A program made the translations under genes and the position numbers. Shown here piece by piece: positions 1 to 11,306 of a stretch of 64,000 nucleotides of DNA. The DNA comes from Candidatus Bathyarchaeota archaeon. Its GTDB lineage: Archaea > Thermoproteota > Bathyarchaeia > Bathyarchaeales > Bathycorpusculaceae. The notes beneath the pieces were generated by a model that saw only the letters and a list, made by a program, of their open reading frames with translations, made no database searches and was not told the DNA's origin. The stretch's first letter is position 1, and each line of letters starts with the position of its first letter. The stretch spans positions 140,728 to 204,727 of the forward strand of contig CAVYRJ010000009.1 of the NCBI GenBank assembly GCA_963770935.1. The letters are read 5' to 3'.

Positions 1-2
1 CT

Positions 3-3000
3 TCAAACGGCATGGATTCAGCCCTTCTCTTTAGTCCAGACGGCATGATACGCGTTTACCTTTTTGTTGAACGCGACTATATGTTAGACGTTATTTCGAT
101 GATTAGCGCAAGGGTGGATTGTACACGCTACAAAGGCGACCCCTTAGGAGTATCAAAGGTTATTGCCAATCTTCCCGACGACCGACAAGAATGTTTAGAT
201 GAAGAAAAGAATCTGCTAGAAGCCTTCTTCAAAGACCTCACGGAAGCTATTACAAAGGTAGCCAAGGAAGTGGGCAGCCCAGATGAAGCCCCAATCCACC
301 TTTACTTCTTTAGCAGAGGAGAAAGAGACGTACTAATGGAGGCAGTACGCCGCCAACCAACCTTGCTAAGTGCCATGGCGATTAGAGACCTTTTAGGACT
401 AAGACAAGCCATTGACCAGCCAATGTTTTCAATCCTCCAAGATGAAGTAATACATAGAAAAGCCCTAAAATTTCATAGTACAGGGCTTCTGCCAATCCTT
501 GAGCAATCGAGTTTTTTCGAAAATAAAGCTTGGTTGGCGAAGCGTAAGGATGGATCATCGGTTGATTTACGTTTAGTTTTCCGCGATGGATTGTTTAATT
601 ATTCACTTCCCTACAAAAGAAACCCAGATGGGTCAATCCTTTTTCTTGATGATAGATACGGACACAAAGATGGATATTATCCTGCGCGTGCTCGGTTCGG
701 CAACCAAATCCCTATAGAGTACTTGTGGGCCGCCAAAGGTCGCTTGGATAATTACCCGACGAAGGTTCTATTGGAGAAGCACAAATGGTGCGATTATGTT
801 CAAAAAACAAGACGGATTACCGATGAAGAACTCAACCTCATGGGACTAAAGCTCTGCATGGCTCTAGAACACGTGGAACGGTCACTAATTATTCGTAACA
901 GAAGGCTGGGCAAGAAACCGATTGCTGTCCCCACAATTGCAAATTTTTCATTAGGCGCTGCAACTTTAGAACGTGGATGCAGAGAATTTTTGGATTTAGA
1001 GTATTTTTCCAAGCGACAAGAGATGTACCAGCACTATTCTTTGCTCCCCTACCAGCGAGTAGCTTCAGGTAGATCACTGATTTTTGAGTGCACTGGTGTC
1101 GCTGAGTCCGAAAAAGATTTTGTAGTTCGCGGAAAACTCGTCTATGAAGGCATTGGTTTGCCTAAATCTGACTGCGTGGCTAATGCTTGTAGAGTTAAAG
1201 GAGCAGACGGGTCAAGTTCTGGCGATTGGATGGTTGTAACCGAGCTTAGGCGCAACGAGCAGGCTCAGTTTGAAGAAGCTCAGAAACGCTCCCCATCCGA
1301 AGTGGAAAAATCAGCCCGGGCAATCGTCGACAAAATAGATGTACGCAAATCAGAGATAGTAATCAATGTAGTTACTTGGCCAAGCGGCAAAGGAAGAAAA
1401 TATAGCGCCTGGCACAATCTTCCAACAACTGACCCTGAGAAAGCAAAAAACAAGTATATGCAACTCTTTGAGGTCGGGCGAATCTACATTTTGGATGAGT
1501 TAGCGGATGATATTATTTCTGATAGGGCGGCAAAGTGCCTTGACTATGCGGGCAACAATGTGCTCTACTGTTTGTTAGCGAACTTCTTAGCGGGCAAATC
1601 TGAGGCTTCTTCGCATAAGGCTTTGCCACGGGATGCGGCTGCTTCGTTCTTGCGTTGGGTTGAGGGCAGACGATTTTCTCCAAAGGCAGAGCAGCAACGG
1701 TTCATTGAGCGGGTTTTTGGGAAAGAGCAGATTGTTATGTTGCAGGGTCCACCGGGCACGGGGAAGACTGAGACTTTGCAATTGGCTGTTTTGGCGCATG
1801 TCGCCACCCACAGAGTCAATTCAAGATGTCGTGTGCTAATGGTTGCTCCAACACACAAGGCTATCCACGAGTTTGTCAGCAAGCTTGCTCGGTGCTGGCA
1901 AGAATACTGCAGAGAAGGCGGCAAGGATCTAAAAGACCTGAACATTTACCGTGTGCTAAGCAGTTCCACTTCATCCGCCAAACCCATCGACGGCGTCACT
2001 TACGTCAATTACAACGAAGACGAGGAAACTGTGCAGGAACTCAAAGATTATTTATTGAACCAAGCAACATTAACCCCTAACTCTTCAGGTTCTGATCCCT
2101 TGATTTTATGCCTCACACCTCCAGGCTTGTACGGTTTAATGAAGAAGATCGGAGACTCTGAGCCTCCATGGGGCGAAGGCTTCTTTGATTTGCTTGTGGT
2201 CGACGAGGCTAGCATGATGCGTTTGCCCGAGCTGATTCTTTCAGGCTCATTCTTAACTAAAAGCAGCCAGATCCTCGTAGCTGGAGACCATCGGCAGTTG
2301 CCCCCGATTCAGGCGCACAACTGGGAAAAAGAAGACCGCCGAACACTCGAAGAAATGGCATCCTTCCTATCCGCAATGGATTTCCTAAGATTGCTACGCC
2401 AAGAAGACCTAGGCATAGATCGGATTAGTTGCAAACACCCTGCAGAAATTCCTGCTGAACGATTGTGCGAAAGCCACAGATGCCACTCAGTCGTAGCAGA
2501 GTTTCTGCGAGAATGGGTATATGAGAAGGACAAGATTGATTTTCGCTCCGACCAAAAACAAACGATAGCAGCTTCTGAGCCTAAAACTGATGGGTTAGGG
2601 GTTGTTTTGAATCCGGAGAACGTTTTTGTCCTGATTGTCCACGATGAAGCGGAAAGTTTCCAATCCAACATCGTTGAAGCATCGATTGTGGAAGCCTTGG
2701 TACGTAACGTGAAATCTGAGGGTATAGGCGTAATTACGCCTCATAACGCCCAGAAAGGCTTGCTGAAAAATATGCTTTCTGAGGGCTGCGAAAACGCCAG
2801 AATCGACACTGTTGAACGATTTCAGGGCGGCGAAGCAGACTTCATCATCATCTCCTCCACCGTCAGCGACCCAGATTATGTCCGAAGCGAAAGCGACTTC
2901 CTACTTAACTTGAACCGAATTAACGTAGCCATTTCACGCATGAAGAAAAAACTGGTTATTATTGCGAGCAGGTCTATTTTTGAGTTCATGCCTCAGGACG

Positions 3001-3152
3001 CCAAAGACTATGACAAGGCTTTGCTCTGGCGAGGGATTTCGCAGACGGTTGGGTTTACGGCTGACTCGAAAGCACATTGGACGGGTACTCTATCAGAGTT
3101 TCTGGGGAAAGATGCTTTACCGGTAAAGATTGAAATCTACATTAAGTCATGA
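3..3152 (+). CDS. Superfamily 1 (DNA2/UPF1-like) helicase, probably 5'-truncated; likely the C-terminal part of a RecB-like nuclease-helicase fusion
   Basis: GPPGTGKT (Walker A), VVDEASM (Walker B), GDHRQLPP, TVERFQGGEAD, NRINVAISRMK. The frame is open to the window edge upstream of ATG 12. Confidence 0.85.
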   Translation, partial: SNGMDSALLFSPDGMIRVYLFVERDYMLDVISMISARVDCTRYKGDPLGVSKVIANLPDDRQECLDEEKNLLEAFFKDLTEAITKVAKEVGSPDEAPIHLYFFSRGERDVLMEAVRRQPTLLSAMAIRDLLGLRQAIDQPMFSILQDEVIHRKALKFHSTGLLPILEQSSFFENKAWLAKRKDGSSVDLRLVFRDGLFNYSLPYKRNPDGSILFLDDRYGHKDGYYPARARFGNQIPIEYLWAAKGRLDNYPTKVLLEKHKWCDYVQKTRRITDEELNLMGLKLCMALEHVERSLIIRNRRLGKKPIAVPTIANFSLGAATLERGCREFLDLEYFSKRQEMYQHYSLLPYQRVASGRSLIFECTGVAESEKDFVVRGKLVYEGIGLPKSDCVANACRVKGADGSSSGDWMVVTELRRNEQAQFEEAQKRSPSEVEKSARAIVDKIDVRKSEIVINVVTWPSGKGRKYSAWHNLPTTDPEKAKNKYMQLFEVGRIYILDELADDIISDRAAKCLDYAGNNVLYCLLANFLAGKSEASSHKALPRDAAASFLRWVEGRRFSPKAEQQRFIERVFGKEQIVMLQGPPGTGKTETLQLAVLAHVATHRVNSRCRVLMVAPTHKAIHEFVSKLARCWQEYCREGGKDLKDLNIYRVLSSSTSSAKPIDGVTYVNYNEDEETVQELKDYLLNQATLTPNSSGSDPLILCLTPPGLYGLMKKIGDSEPPWGEGFFDLLVVDEASMMRLPELILSGSFLTKSSQILVAGDHRQLPPIQAHNWEKEDRRTLEEMASFLSAMDFLRLLRQEDLGIDRISCKHPAEIPAERLCESHRCHSVVAEFLREWVYEKDKIDFRSDQKQTIAASEPKTDGLGVVLNPENVFVLIVHDEAESFQSNIVEASIVEALVRNVKSEGIGVITPHNAQKGLLKNMLSEGCENARIDTVERFQGGEADFIIISSTVSDPDYVRSESDFLLNLNRINVAISRMKKKLVIIASRSIFEFMPQDAKDYDKALLWRGISQTVGFTADSKAHWTGTLSEFLGKDALPVKIEIYIKS

Positions 3153-3313
3153 AGCTTTAAGAAATAGAAAAATGAAACTGCCCTTTTTTATTAAAAAAAA
3201 CAGCTTTTTTCCTTACAAGAAATCCAAAAAAGCTCCAAAACAACTGCACCATATTATTGTTGATTTTTTCCTCATTTTAGACAAACCAAAAAACCAAACA
3301 TACCCCAAAATAT

Positions 3314-4288
3314 CTAGGACTTTCGTTTTCTTTTGCGCTTGATTGAAGAGAGAACGATGGCGATTTGGTTTAGTTGATCATTGTTGAGTATGATTTCAGA
3401 AGTTTTAGATTTGATGTTTGTATTTTTTAGCATTTTAAAGAATTGTTCTCTTTGCAGCTGGTATGTTTTTTCTGTTTCAAAGGCTGCGTGGTAATCTCCT
3501 TCATCTGTTTCTACACGAGCTTTATCGATTATTCGGATCAATTCAATGCCTATTTCGCCGCGTTTGTTTAAGTCAGCTATGTATGCGTTGTCACCAAGTT
3601 TAAGTTGTAAAAAAGCATTGTAACCAACGTCTCCTATAACAGAAAGATTTGTGTGCCAATTTGTTTCCTTCTTTATCTTGCGCTCAAATTTTGGAGATAT
3701 CCACTTGGAAACCCCAATGTACCACGTATTTATGTAAGCATTTGTCCAATCTTTGATTTTAGTGTGAGGCTTAACTTTTTTAAGAGTACTGTTTTTTGTT
3801 GTCTTTTGCGATAAATTCCACATTTGCTTATACTTCTTCAAATCACCTATCGGTTTTGCTGAGTTCCATAAATTCTCATTAAAGAAGCCCTTTACTTCCT
3901 CTGCCTCTACCCTCTCAAGCAGCACTCCAACTTCAATATTACTTTCAAATGCTGCTTCCGTCAAATTGGCTGAAGTTATTAAAGCTGAATCGTCAAAAAT
4001 GTAGATGTTTGAATTAAAATTTTCATGAGATTTAATGTTGATACCCTTAAAGTGCTCCATAAGGTACTGTATTTCATTTGGATTAACTGCCCCTTCTTTG
4101 ACTGAAACATCATTTACAGGAAAGACAAATCGGATGTCGGCTGGAGGGGTCTTTAGGATTTCCTGTGAAAAAACTCTATGGGCACCTAAACCAAGAGAGG
4201 GGGAACATACCCATAAAATCTCTTTTGTGTCTAACGATTTCTGAAGAACAGTTTCATATAACTCTGCATTGGACAGGAATATAGTCAT
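3314..4288 (-). CDS. Phospholipase D-like nuclease-fold protein with a degenerate HKD motif and an unassigned C-terminal domain
   Basis: WVCSP...FNSNIYIFDDSALITSANLTEAAFESNIEVG matches the PLD LHAKxYxxD...SANLT...NxExG pattern, but His and Lys are replaced by Asn. Confidence 0.7.
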   Translation of the reverse strand: MTIFLSNAELYETVLQKSLDTKEILWVCSPSLGLGAHRVFSQEILKTPPADIRFVFPVNDVSVKEGAVNPNEIQYLMEHFKGINIKSHENFNSNIYIFDDSALITSANLTEAAFESNIEVGVLLERVEAEEVKGFFNENLWNSAKPIGDLKKYKQMWNLSQKTTKNSTLKKVKPHTKIKDWTNAYINTWYIGVSKWISPKFERKIKKETNWHTNLSVIGDVGYNAFLQLKLGDNAYIADLNKRGEIGIELIRIIDKARVETDEGDYHAAFETEKTYQLQREQFFKMLKNTNIKSKTSEIILNNDQLNQIAIVLSSIKRKRKRKS

Positions 4289-4466
4289 AGGTTGAAGTTG
4301 CTTTGTATGAATAAAAGTTTTCCCAAAGTATTACCTATGATACCCGTTTCGAGAAAGCCAAGCGACAATGTTTGCATACTCGATATGATAAAAAAAGTTT
4401 TCTAAAGACCAGAATTTCGGTCTATTTTATCTAAAAAGAAAAAAGTGGGGTTGTTTGAATTATGAT

Positions 4467-6233
4467 TTATTTTGCTCGTTTCTTTAATGCTATAGCTGCA
4501 ACTGCTATGACTATTATTGCTGATATTGCCGCTACTACAATGAATGCTACTTCCACAGGAAATGCAGTTGATTGTTGCGGGGCAGGGGATTGTGTGGGCG
4601 CTGGGGTTGCTGTTGGCGGAGTTGTTGGTGGAACCTCAGGTGTTGGGCTTGGGGTTTTTGTGGGTGAGGGTTTTGCTGTTGGCGTTGGAGTTGGTGGCGA
4701 GTTAACTGAGAGGCTTACAGTGTTTGATTGTGAAGTTATTCTTTCTGAGTCTTGGATTACGCAGTAGTAAGTGTAGGTGCCTGGTGTGGTCTTGGTTAGT
4801 GCCAACTGGGCATTGGTTTGTCCAGGAATAGCGTTTGATCCTTCATACCATTGGAAAGAGTAAGGCCATACTCCTCCAGACGCTGAAGCGGTGACTATTG
4901 CTGTTTGCCCAACTTTTACAGAAGGGTTATGCATTAAAGCAAAAGCCGCTGGAGGTTGATAGTGACTAAGCATCCAATCAAGAGCTGGCTGGCTGACGTC
5001 TCTTGCAGAGTAAGTCCCTTGGAAGACATCGCTGTGACCATAATTCGGTAACAATGTCCAACTAAAATCTGTTGTTGCCATTCCGTTTGTTATGTTTCCG
5101 TAAGCAGCGAGGTTTAATCCGCTTCTGAAACCAAGCACTGGCACATTGACCTCAGAAATGTGCGCTATATAATCATATGCTAACGGCGGAATTACGTTCC
5201 ATGCCAGCAGGGCATTATAATCTATGAATACTCTAACTGGATAGTATCTTTCCGCTTGGGTGGCTAAATTCATGTTTACTGTAATGTTACTGTAGCCTCC
5301 ATAGGTATTGAATGAATTAGCAATATTCCAGTTGTATTCGAACCATTCCGTGATGTTAGCCCAAGTATTGTTAGTGCGCGGGTTAATTGTTGTTATCAAT
5401 GTTCCATTGAGATACTGAGCGGGAGCACCAGGGTTTTGAGCGGCAAATTGAACCAAAAACACATATCCCGGATTCAGCGAAGAAGGAACATTGGATGTCT
5501 GTGGGGATTCCCATAGCCAAGTTCCAAGGGTCTTTATGCTGTTTACTGCGGCGGTCACATTATAGAAGGCTGTTAGATTCTGGCTTTTCGCTAAAATAGA
5601 TTTTGGTGGACCTGGATCTAAGAGAATCAATCCTCTAAGATCCTGCTGCCAGTATTTGGCTGCGTAGATTTGCTCCATAATTCCGCCCCAACTCTGGCCA
5701 GCCATGAATAATTTTTGTGCTCCAGAAACTTGTTTGGCTTTATCAACGGCTTCTTTGATGTCGCTTATGTATTGTTCCATGCCCCAGTCTGCAGTTGCTG
5801 AGAGTTGGCTCTTGTTTGTGTCAATGGGTATAAAGTGAGTTCTGTAATCAATAGTGTAGACATCATAGCCTCTGTTAGCCCAATATATGCATTGACTCAT
5901 GTTTTCCGTCTTTGTGAAACTATCAGTTGATGGATTTGACGTCAGTCGCTCACCGCTGCCGTACAATCCAGGAAGCATGAAAACAACTCCTTTTAGAGGA
6001 ACTCCAGTTTTCACAAGCCGGTGCAAGCCTATTTTGTCGTAGGGTCCATTAGGTTCCATGGACGCGTTTTTTTGCCAGACGTATTCTTTGAGGTCGACGT
6101 AAGCTTTTACTCCTCTGCCATCTTGGGTTAGTGTCCAGTTGTCGGTTGCAGCGTTAGAAAATTTAATGACTATAGGGATAGTTGTGATTAATAGTCCAAT
6201 GATTAGCGTTATTGTTAGGGTTTTATATTTCAT
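4467..6233 (-). CDS. Secreted, membrane-anchored alpha/beta hydrolase with Ig-like domain and Pro/Thr linker
   Basis: N-terminal signal peptide, PGLYG oxyanion region, GQSWGG nucleophile elbow, YGHSD His, GGVWPYSFQWY Ig-like domain, PT linker, C-terminal TM helix plus KKRAK. Confidence 0.8.
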   Translation of the reverse strand: MKYKTLTITLIIGLLITTIPIVIKFSNAATDNWTLTQDGRGVKAYVDLKEYVWQKNASMEPNGPYDKIGLHRLVKTGVPLKGVVFMLPGLYGSGERLTSNPSTDSFTKTENMSQCIYWANRGYDVYTIDYRTHFIPIDTNKSQLSATADWGMEQYISDIKEAVDKAKQVSGAQKLFMAGQSWGGIMEQIYAAKYWQQDLRGLILLDPGPPKSILAKSQNLTAFYNVTAAVNSIKTLGTWLWESPQTSNVPSSLNPGYVFLVQFAAQNPGAPAQYLNGTLITTINPRTNNTWANITEWFEYNWNIANSFNTYGGYSNITVNMNLATQAERYYPVRVFIDYNALLAWNVIPPLAYDYIAHISEVNVPVLGFRSGLNLAAYGNITNGMATTDFSWTLLPNYGHSDVFQGTYSARDVSQPALDWMLSHYQPPAAFALMHNPSVKVGQTAIVTASASGGVWPYSFQWYEGSNAIPGQTNAQLALTKTTPGTYTYYCVIQDSERITSQSNTVSLSVNSPPTPTPTAKPSPTKTPSPTPEVPPTTPPTATPAPTQSPAPQQSTAFPVEVAFIVVAAISAIIVIAVAAIALKKRAK

Positions 6234-6350
6234 TTTTTCTTATTCTCCTTTATTTCGGGTACTTCTTGTCATTGCGCCCCTCACTCGGCACTCAGATAGG
6301 AAAACTCCTTCAATTTCAATTCCGTAAGTTCTCCTAAGTCACTATTAGGT

Positions 6351-6407
6351 CCGGAAAAATATGTAGCAATTTTTGACGATTTTTCCGATTTTTCCTGATT
6401 TTTCAGG
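6351..6407. promoter_or_regulatory. Array of GATTTTTC boxes upstream of the hydrolase gene
   Basis: gatttttcc 6378-6386, gatttttcc 6387-6395, gatttttca 6397-6405, degenerate aatttttga 6368-6376 and an inverted ggaaaaat 6353-6360. Confidence 0.45.
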
Positions 6408-6474
6408 AAGATGCAAAGAAAGCCCAATTCACTTCATTTCGAAAACTAAAGAATTATACTTTACTTTATTTATC

Positions 6475-9400
6475 TCACAATTTAATCAATTTTTTTAAGG
6501 CTTCTACTTCATAAGCTGCTCTAATTTTGAAAATTTTGCCTCCACGACCTCTCTCACCAGTGAATGCTCTTACTTCAACAATGCCACAGCGTTCCAGTTC
6601 GGATATTACTTGTCCCCGATGACCTGAAAAACCGTAAACGCTGTGTTTCGAAACTTTTCCGTGGTTCACGATTTGGTTTAAGGTTCTCCACCCTGACCTC
6701 TCAGGTGGCAACCTCAGTAGCCTGTAATCTTCAATAAAAGAGTTTATTAGAAAATCGAAGACTTTCTGAGCGGCTTCAGACTTAAATTCAAATTTGGATT
6801 ATACCAGTCTCAGCTTCATTTTCCATGTTCGTTGGCAACGCTGATTTAACGGTGATTGTCACTGGATTAATTTCGAACGTTTTAGTCTGACTTAGCTCAT
6901 CTATGTATTCAACTCGTAGACAAAGATTGAAAATCCCAGATTTGGCAGCTTTCAAACTTAGCTTAATTGGTTCAACACTAAAGGCATCAAGATTTTTTTT
7001 CATTGTAATGAAACCGTTGTTGGGGCAACTGTAATCGGAGGTAACATTGATTACTTTGAACTCTGAAGGAACCCCTTCGAATCCAACTATTTGAGCAAGT
7101 TTCTTGGATACGTTGACGACATCGAGCCGCATGTCGAATTCTTTTCGCAAGCTCAACTTCTCTTGGAGTCAATAATGTAGCATTTATAGTAGTGTGATCA
7201 AAACATTTTTCGAGATGATTAAATATTTTTTGGGTTACTTTAAGCTGTGCTTTTGCTTCTTGTGCCCGGCTTTGTTTTTCGAGAACCCAAGCATAATTTA
7301 TTCTTATCAAAACTTCTTCCGCTGGGTTAATGCCTTTCTTGAGCCATCTGAGGCATGCTTCAAAATAATGATTCGCCTCCTCACAACGGTTCGTAGCTGC
7401 AAAGTAGACCGCCTTAGACAAACCATATCTCACGAATCCGGTTGAATTCAGAACCTCTTGTGGCAGTTGGGTAAGTTTCTCAAAATATTCTTCTGCATGC
7501 TTCAGATCTCCAATTTTACTATATAGCCTTACTATATTCGCATAGGTCATGCCTTGTATCCATTTTGAATCTGTCTGCTTAGAATATTCTAGAGCTTTCA
7601 GGCTTAGTGATAACGCCTCCAATATCTCGCCTGTTCTTTCAAGAACCCATGATGAAGAAACATTTGCCTCTGCCACCCTGTTAAAATCACCTATCTTTTC
7701 GCCGATTCTAATGGCTTCTCTGTGCATATTCAACGCCTCTATTTTGAGGAGACGATAGCCGAAGCTTTGTCCAGCTCGGTTACAAGCGTCCATCAACCCT
7801 CGAACATCTCCAAGGTCGCTGTATAAGGTAACTGCACGAAGGACTCTAGCCAATCCTTTATCAAATTTGGTTTTTGCCTTGAAACCGCCTAATCCCAACA
7901 AAGTTCGGGCAACATCCGGAAAAGAGCATGTTTCCTCAAAAACCTGTAATGCTGCTTCGAAATCTTCTTTTCCAGCCTTTTGGTTTCCTAGAAATAAAGC
8001 AGCCCTTGCCTTATTCATTAGAATACGCGCGTTTTCCAAACGGTCAATGGACGAAAGCGACTCAGCATTCTTTGTTAGTTCCAACAAATGGACAAATTCG
8101 CCTTGGAAAAAAGCCGCGTCCATAGCCCGCCTTAAAGCACGCAGTTTCATAATTCCTGTTTCAATGCTGCTGAGTTGCTCAAATGTTCTTGTTGCTTCTT
8201 TAAACATACTATTTGCAAAAAAGGCTTCACCTAGACCCTCAAGCGCCGTTGCTGTTTCGGATGCATTCTGAGAGAATTCAGAAATTATTTGCATCGCAAA
8301 AGTGAAGTGTTTGAGGGCTTCTTTATTGCTGAACTTTGCCAAGGCATCCTTGCCCGCGGCCAAAGCATACTTTACTGATTTGTTTTTGTCTCCTGCTTGA
8401 GCAAAATGATATGCAAGGTCGCTTACTGGAAGTTCCTTGCCAATCTGGTTGTAGCTCTCAATTTTGTTGCCAATCCTGAGATGATACTCCTTTTTCATAA
8501 GCGACGGAATTTTATCATAAAGCATTTCGCGAGACTTTGCATGATCAAACCTGTAATAATCGCCTTCGCAACTTACCAAGAGCGTTGAGTGGGCTATCGA
8601 ATCTAACGATTCCAGAACATCCAAGCTGTCCTGAGAAACCACTTCAGCCACAAGTTTTGGATCAAATTTTTCACCTATTACAGAAGCAGTTTCTAGAATT
8701 CTTCTTTGGATAGACTTTAACGATTCAAGTCTTCTCTCGATAACATCCTTAACTTTCGCAGGAATGCCCAATTTTTCAACTTTGAGCCTCCACTCACCTT
8801 TCTCTAGATCCAAGCTTCCTTGTTCATAGAGCATCCTTACTGATTCAACAACGAAAAGGGGGTTACCTCTGCTTTCGTTTGCTAGCTGCTCAACAAGGGT
8901 CAGACTAGCGTTTCCTCCAACCATGCTCTCGACTATTTGACCAACATCGGATTGACTAAGGTTAGAAAGTTTAATCTCTTCGTAGAGACCCTCGCGACCC
9001 ATTAATCGTACAGTTTCCAGAAGGGAACGAGGCTGCCCCTCAGAGTTCATAGTCAATTCTTCACTTCTGAAAGTTGCCACAATTAAGATTCTTTCAGAGT
9101 TGATGGCACGCGCAATGTAGTGAAGTAACGAAAGCGAAGCTGAATCTGCCCAGTGTATGTCATCTATGAAAAGAACTGTCGGCTTTATCGTAGAAATCAT
9201 CAATAACTCTTTAGTTATAGCCGCAAATGTCTGGTCCTTCCAAATTTGAGGACTTGGACTACCCTGTTTCTCTAGAGTTCCAGTCCAACATGTTTCTGTA
9301 AGCCAACTCTTCATTCTCAACAGTTGAGAGCCAAATGCTTGTGCTTCATTGTCTGATGAGAAGGATTCGAAAGCTTCCACAAACGGAAAGTAAGGAACAG

Positions 9401-9620
9401 CAGCGTTACTGAGACACCATCCAGTCAACACAGTTACTTCTTTTTTTCTTGCAATATTCAGGAACTCACTAGTGAGTCTTGTTTTTCCGCTGCCTGCTTC
9501 ACCTGAGATAAATAGTGTTGTCCCAGTGCCGTTTACAGCTGAGTCTAAACTTGACAATAGCTCCTCGAGTTCGCGTTGCCTGCCAACCATTTTTGGTTCA
9601 GCCAGTAAACCCAATTTCAA
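6475..9620 (-). CDS. STAND (AAA_16-type) ATPase - TPR - Ig-like - C-terminal winged-helix-like protein, ~1047 aa after correcting two +1 frameshifts
   Basis: VGRQRELEEL, GEAGSGKT, FIDDIHWAD, GNPLFV, FDHAKSRE and TPR repeats. ORFs 6987-9620, 6788-7156 and 6475-6711 join by single-base shifts near 7145 and 6795. Confidence 0.8.
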
Positions 9621-9779
9621 TGTACCCCATCTATCCTTCTACAACGAATTTCTATCCATTATAATTAGAGATCAGTATTTTAGATTTGGCAAATAAGATT
9701 CTTAACTTTTAAACAAGCTTCTATCGTCTTAACACGTTTTTTCGCAAACCATAAATGTAGAACACTCCTATTCAAAAAC

Positions 9780-11015
9780 ATGAATGATACAATGACTGAT
9801 TCTGAAAAGGGCTTTAAAAAGAGACTATTTCTTCCCGTATTGGCTCTTGCCGTTTTTTCCACAGTTGTAATAGATATTGTGTTGCCCCTACTACTAACTG
9901 ATATAGCCAAATCGTTCCAAGTAACTGTTGGAACTGCAAGCACAATTGCGTCATTTTCATCAATTATCGGCGTAATTATTGGATTATTTATGGCGCTCTT
10001 AAGCGTTCGATTCAAGCACAAATATTTGTTGCTTATAGGTGTTTTATGCATTTGTATATCTGCTTTAGGAAGCTTTTTGGCGCCATCCCTTTTTGCCATG
10101 CAGATCTTTAATTCTCTAAATGCGGTAGGCTCAGTAATGGTTGCTGCATTAGCTTACTCGATATTAGGAGATTTTTATCCGATCGAAAAAAAAGGGAAAG
10201 CTATAGGCTGGATGGTAGCAGCTGGGTTCTTAGGATTCATAGTGGGAGCCCCCATGGCAGGTATAATTGCACCCATTGGTGGCTGGCGTTCAGTCATGCT
10301 TTGGTTCATTCTACCCGTTTCACTTGTGTGTCTGTTTTTAGCACTTCTTGTTCTTCCATCAAAGCCAATTGAAAACCGACACGTCGTAAGAACACCTATC
10401 TTTGCAGGCTACAGACAAGCATTATCAAACAAATCTGCCGCTGCGTGCCTTGTAGGAGTCATGTTCATTGCCGGTACAGCAACAATAACTTTCTTTGTAA
10501 TCTCTTTTTGGAAAACTCAATTTGCTATGGACACGAGCACAGGAGCCGTTTTGACTATGATTAACGCTTCATCTGCGGCTCTTGGGGGCATATTTGCTGG
10601 TCGAATAGTAAATAGAACGGGGCCAAAAACTCTGGGAGTAACAACTGGCTTAGTGACTAGTACGCTTGTGGTGCTAACTGTTCTTATGCCCACCCTTTTG
10701 TCATCTTGGGTTGTGAGCGTTGTTCGGGTCTGGTTCTATGGCATGTTGGTAGCCTCGTTAGCTACCCTAACTCTTGAACAGATTCCAAAATTTCGTGGTA
10801 CTATGATGTCGCTAAGAGCCGCTTTTGGCGGCGCAGGAAGCTTTCTGGGAGTCACATTGGGGGGAATATCACTGAACATGTACAACTATCAAATACTGGG
10901 AATAGTTCTAGGAGTTTTGGGTATGGCCTCGATCACAGTTATTCTCCTCTTCGCAAAAGACCCATACAAAAATCCACCTCCACAATCTGAGTTAAAGCAA
11001 CCGCAAAACTTCTGA
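9780..11015 (+). CDS. Major facilitator superfamily transporter (DHA1-like)
   Basis: About 12 hydrophobic segments, GGWRSVM, GRIVNRTG motif-A-like loop. Confidence 0.85.
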   Translation: MNDTMTDSEKGFKKRLFLPVLALAVFSTVVIDIVLPLLLTDIAKSFQVTVGTASTIASFSSIIGVIIGLFMALLSVRFKHKYLLLIGVLCICISALGSFLAPSLFAMQIFNSLNAVGSVMVAALAYSILGDFYPIEKKGKAIGWMVAAGFLGFIVGAPMAGIIAPIGGWRSVMLWFILPVSLVCLFLALLVLPSKPIENRHVVRTPIFAGYRQALSNKSAAACLVGVMFIAGTATITFFVISFWKTQFAMDTSTGAVLTMINASSAALGGIFAGRIVNRTGPKTLGVTTGLVTSTLVVLTVLMPTLLSSWVVSVVRVWFYGMLVASLATLTLEQIPKFRGTMMSLRAAFGGAGSFLGVTLGGISLNMYNYQILGIVLGVLGMASITVILLFAKDPYKNPPPQSELKQPQNF

Positions 11016-11051
11016 ATGGATTTATGTCATCCTTACGAAAACTTTATTGCG

Positions 11052-11260
11052 ATGGAGCCAGAGAAAGCGAAAAAGAAGCTGTTAACTCTGCAGGGGATAG
11101 ATGAGTACTCTAGCTGAATTGGTGATCCCTAAGACGTGTTTTCCGCTTGATGTTTGAAGCGCCAAAATCTTCTAGTACTATTCAACGGCAAAGTGTCAGA
11201 AAACCCAAGAGATGCAATACCTGCCCTTAAAGGGGCTATGGAAAAAAGAGGGAGAAAAGA
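11052..11260 (+). pseudogene. Remnant of an HhH-GPD DNA glycosylase (AlkA/Ogg-like)
   Basis: MEPEKAKKKLLTLQGIDEYS / ELVIPKTCFPLDV* resembles the HhH LxxLxGIGxYSAE and FPxDxW motifs. It has stops and frameshifts and no N-terminus. Confidence 0.55.
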
Positions 11261-11306
11261 ATCTGCGTCCGACTTGATCAAAGTTTTTGATGGGGCAAGT
11301 TGGTTT

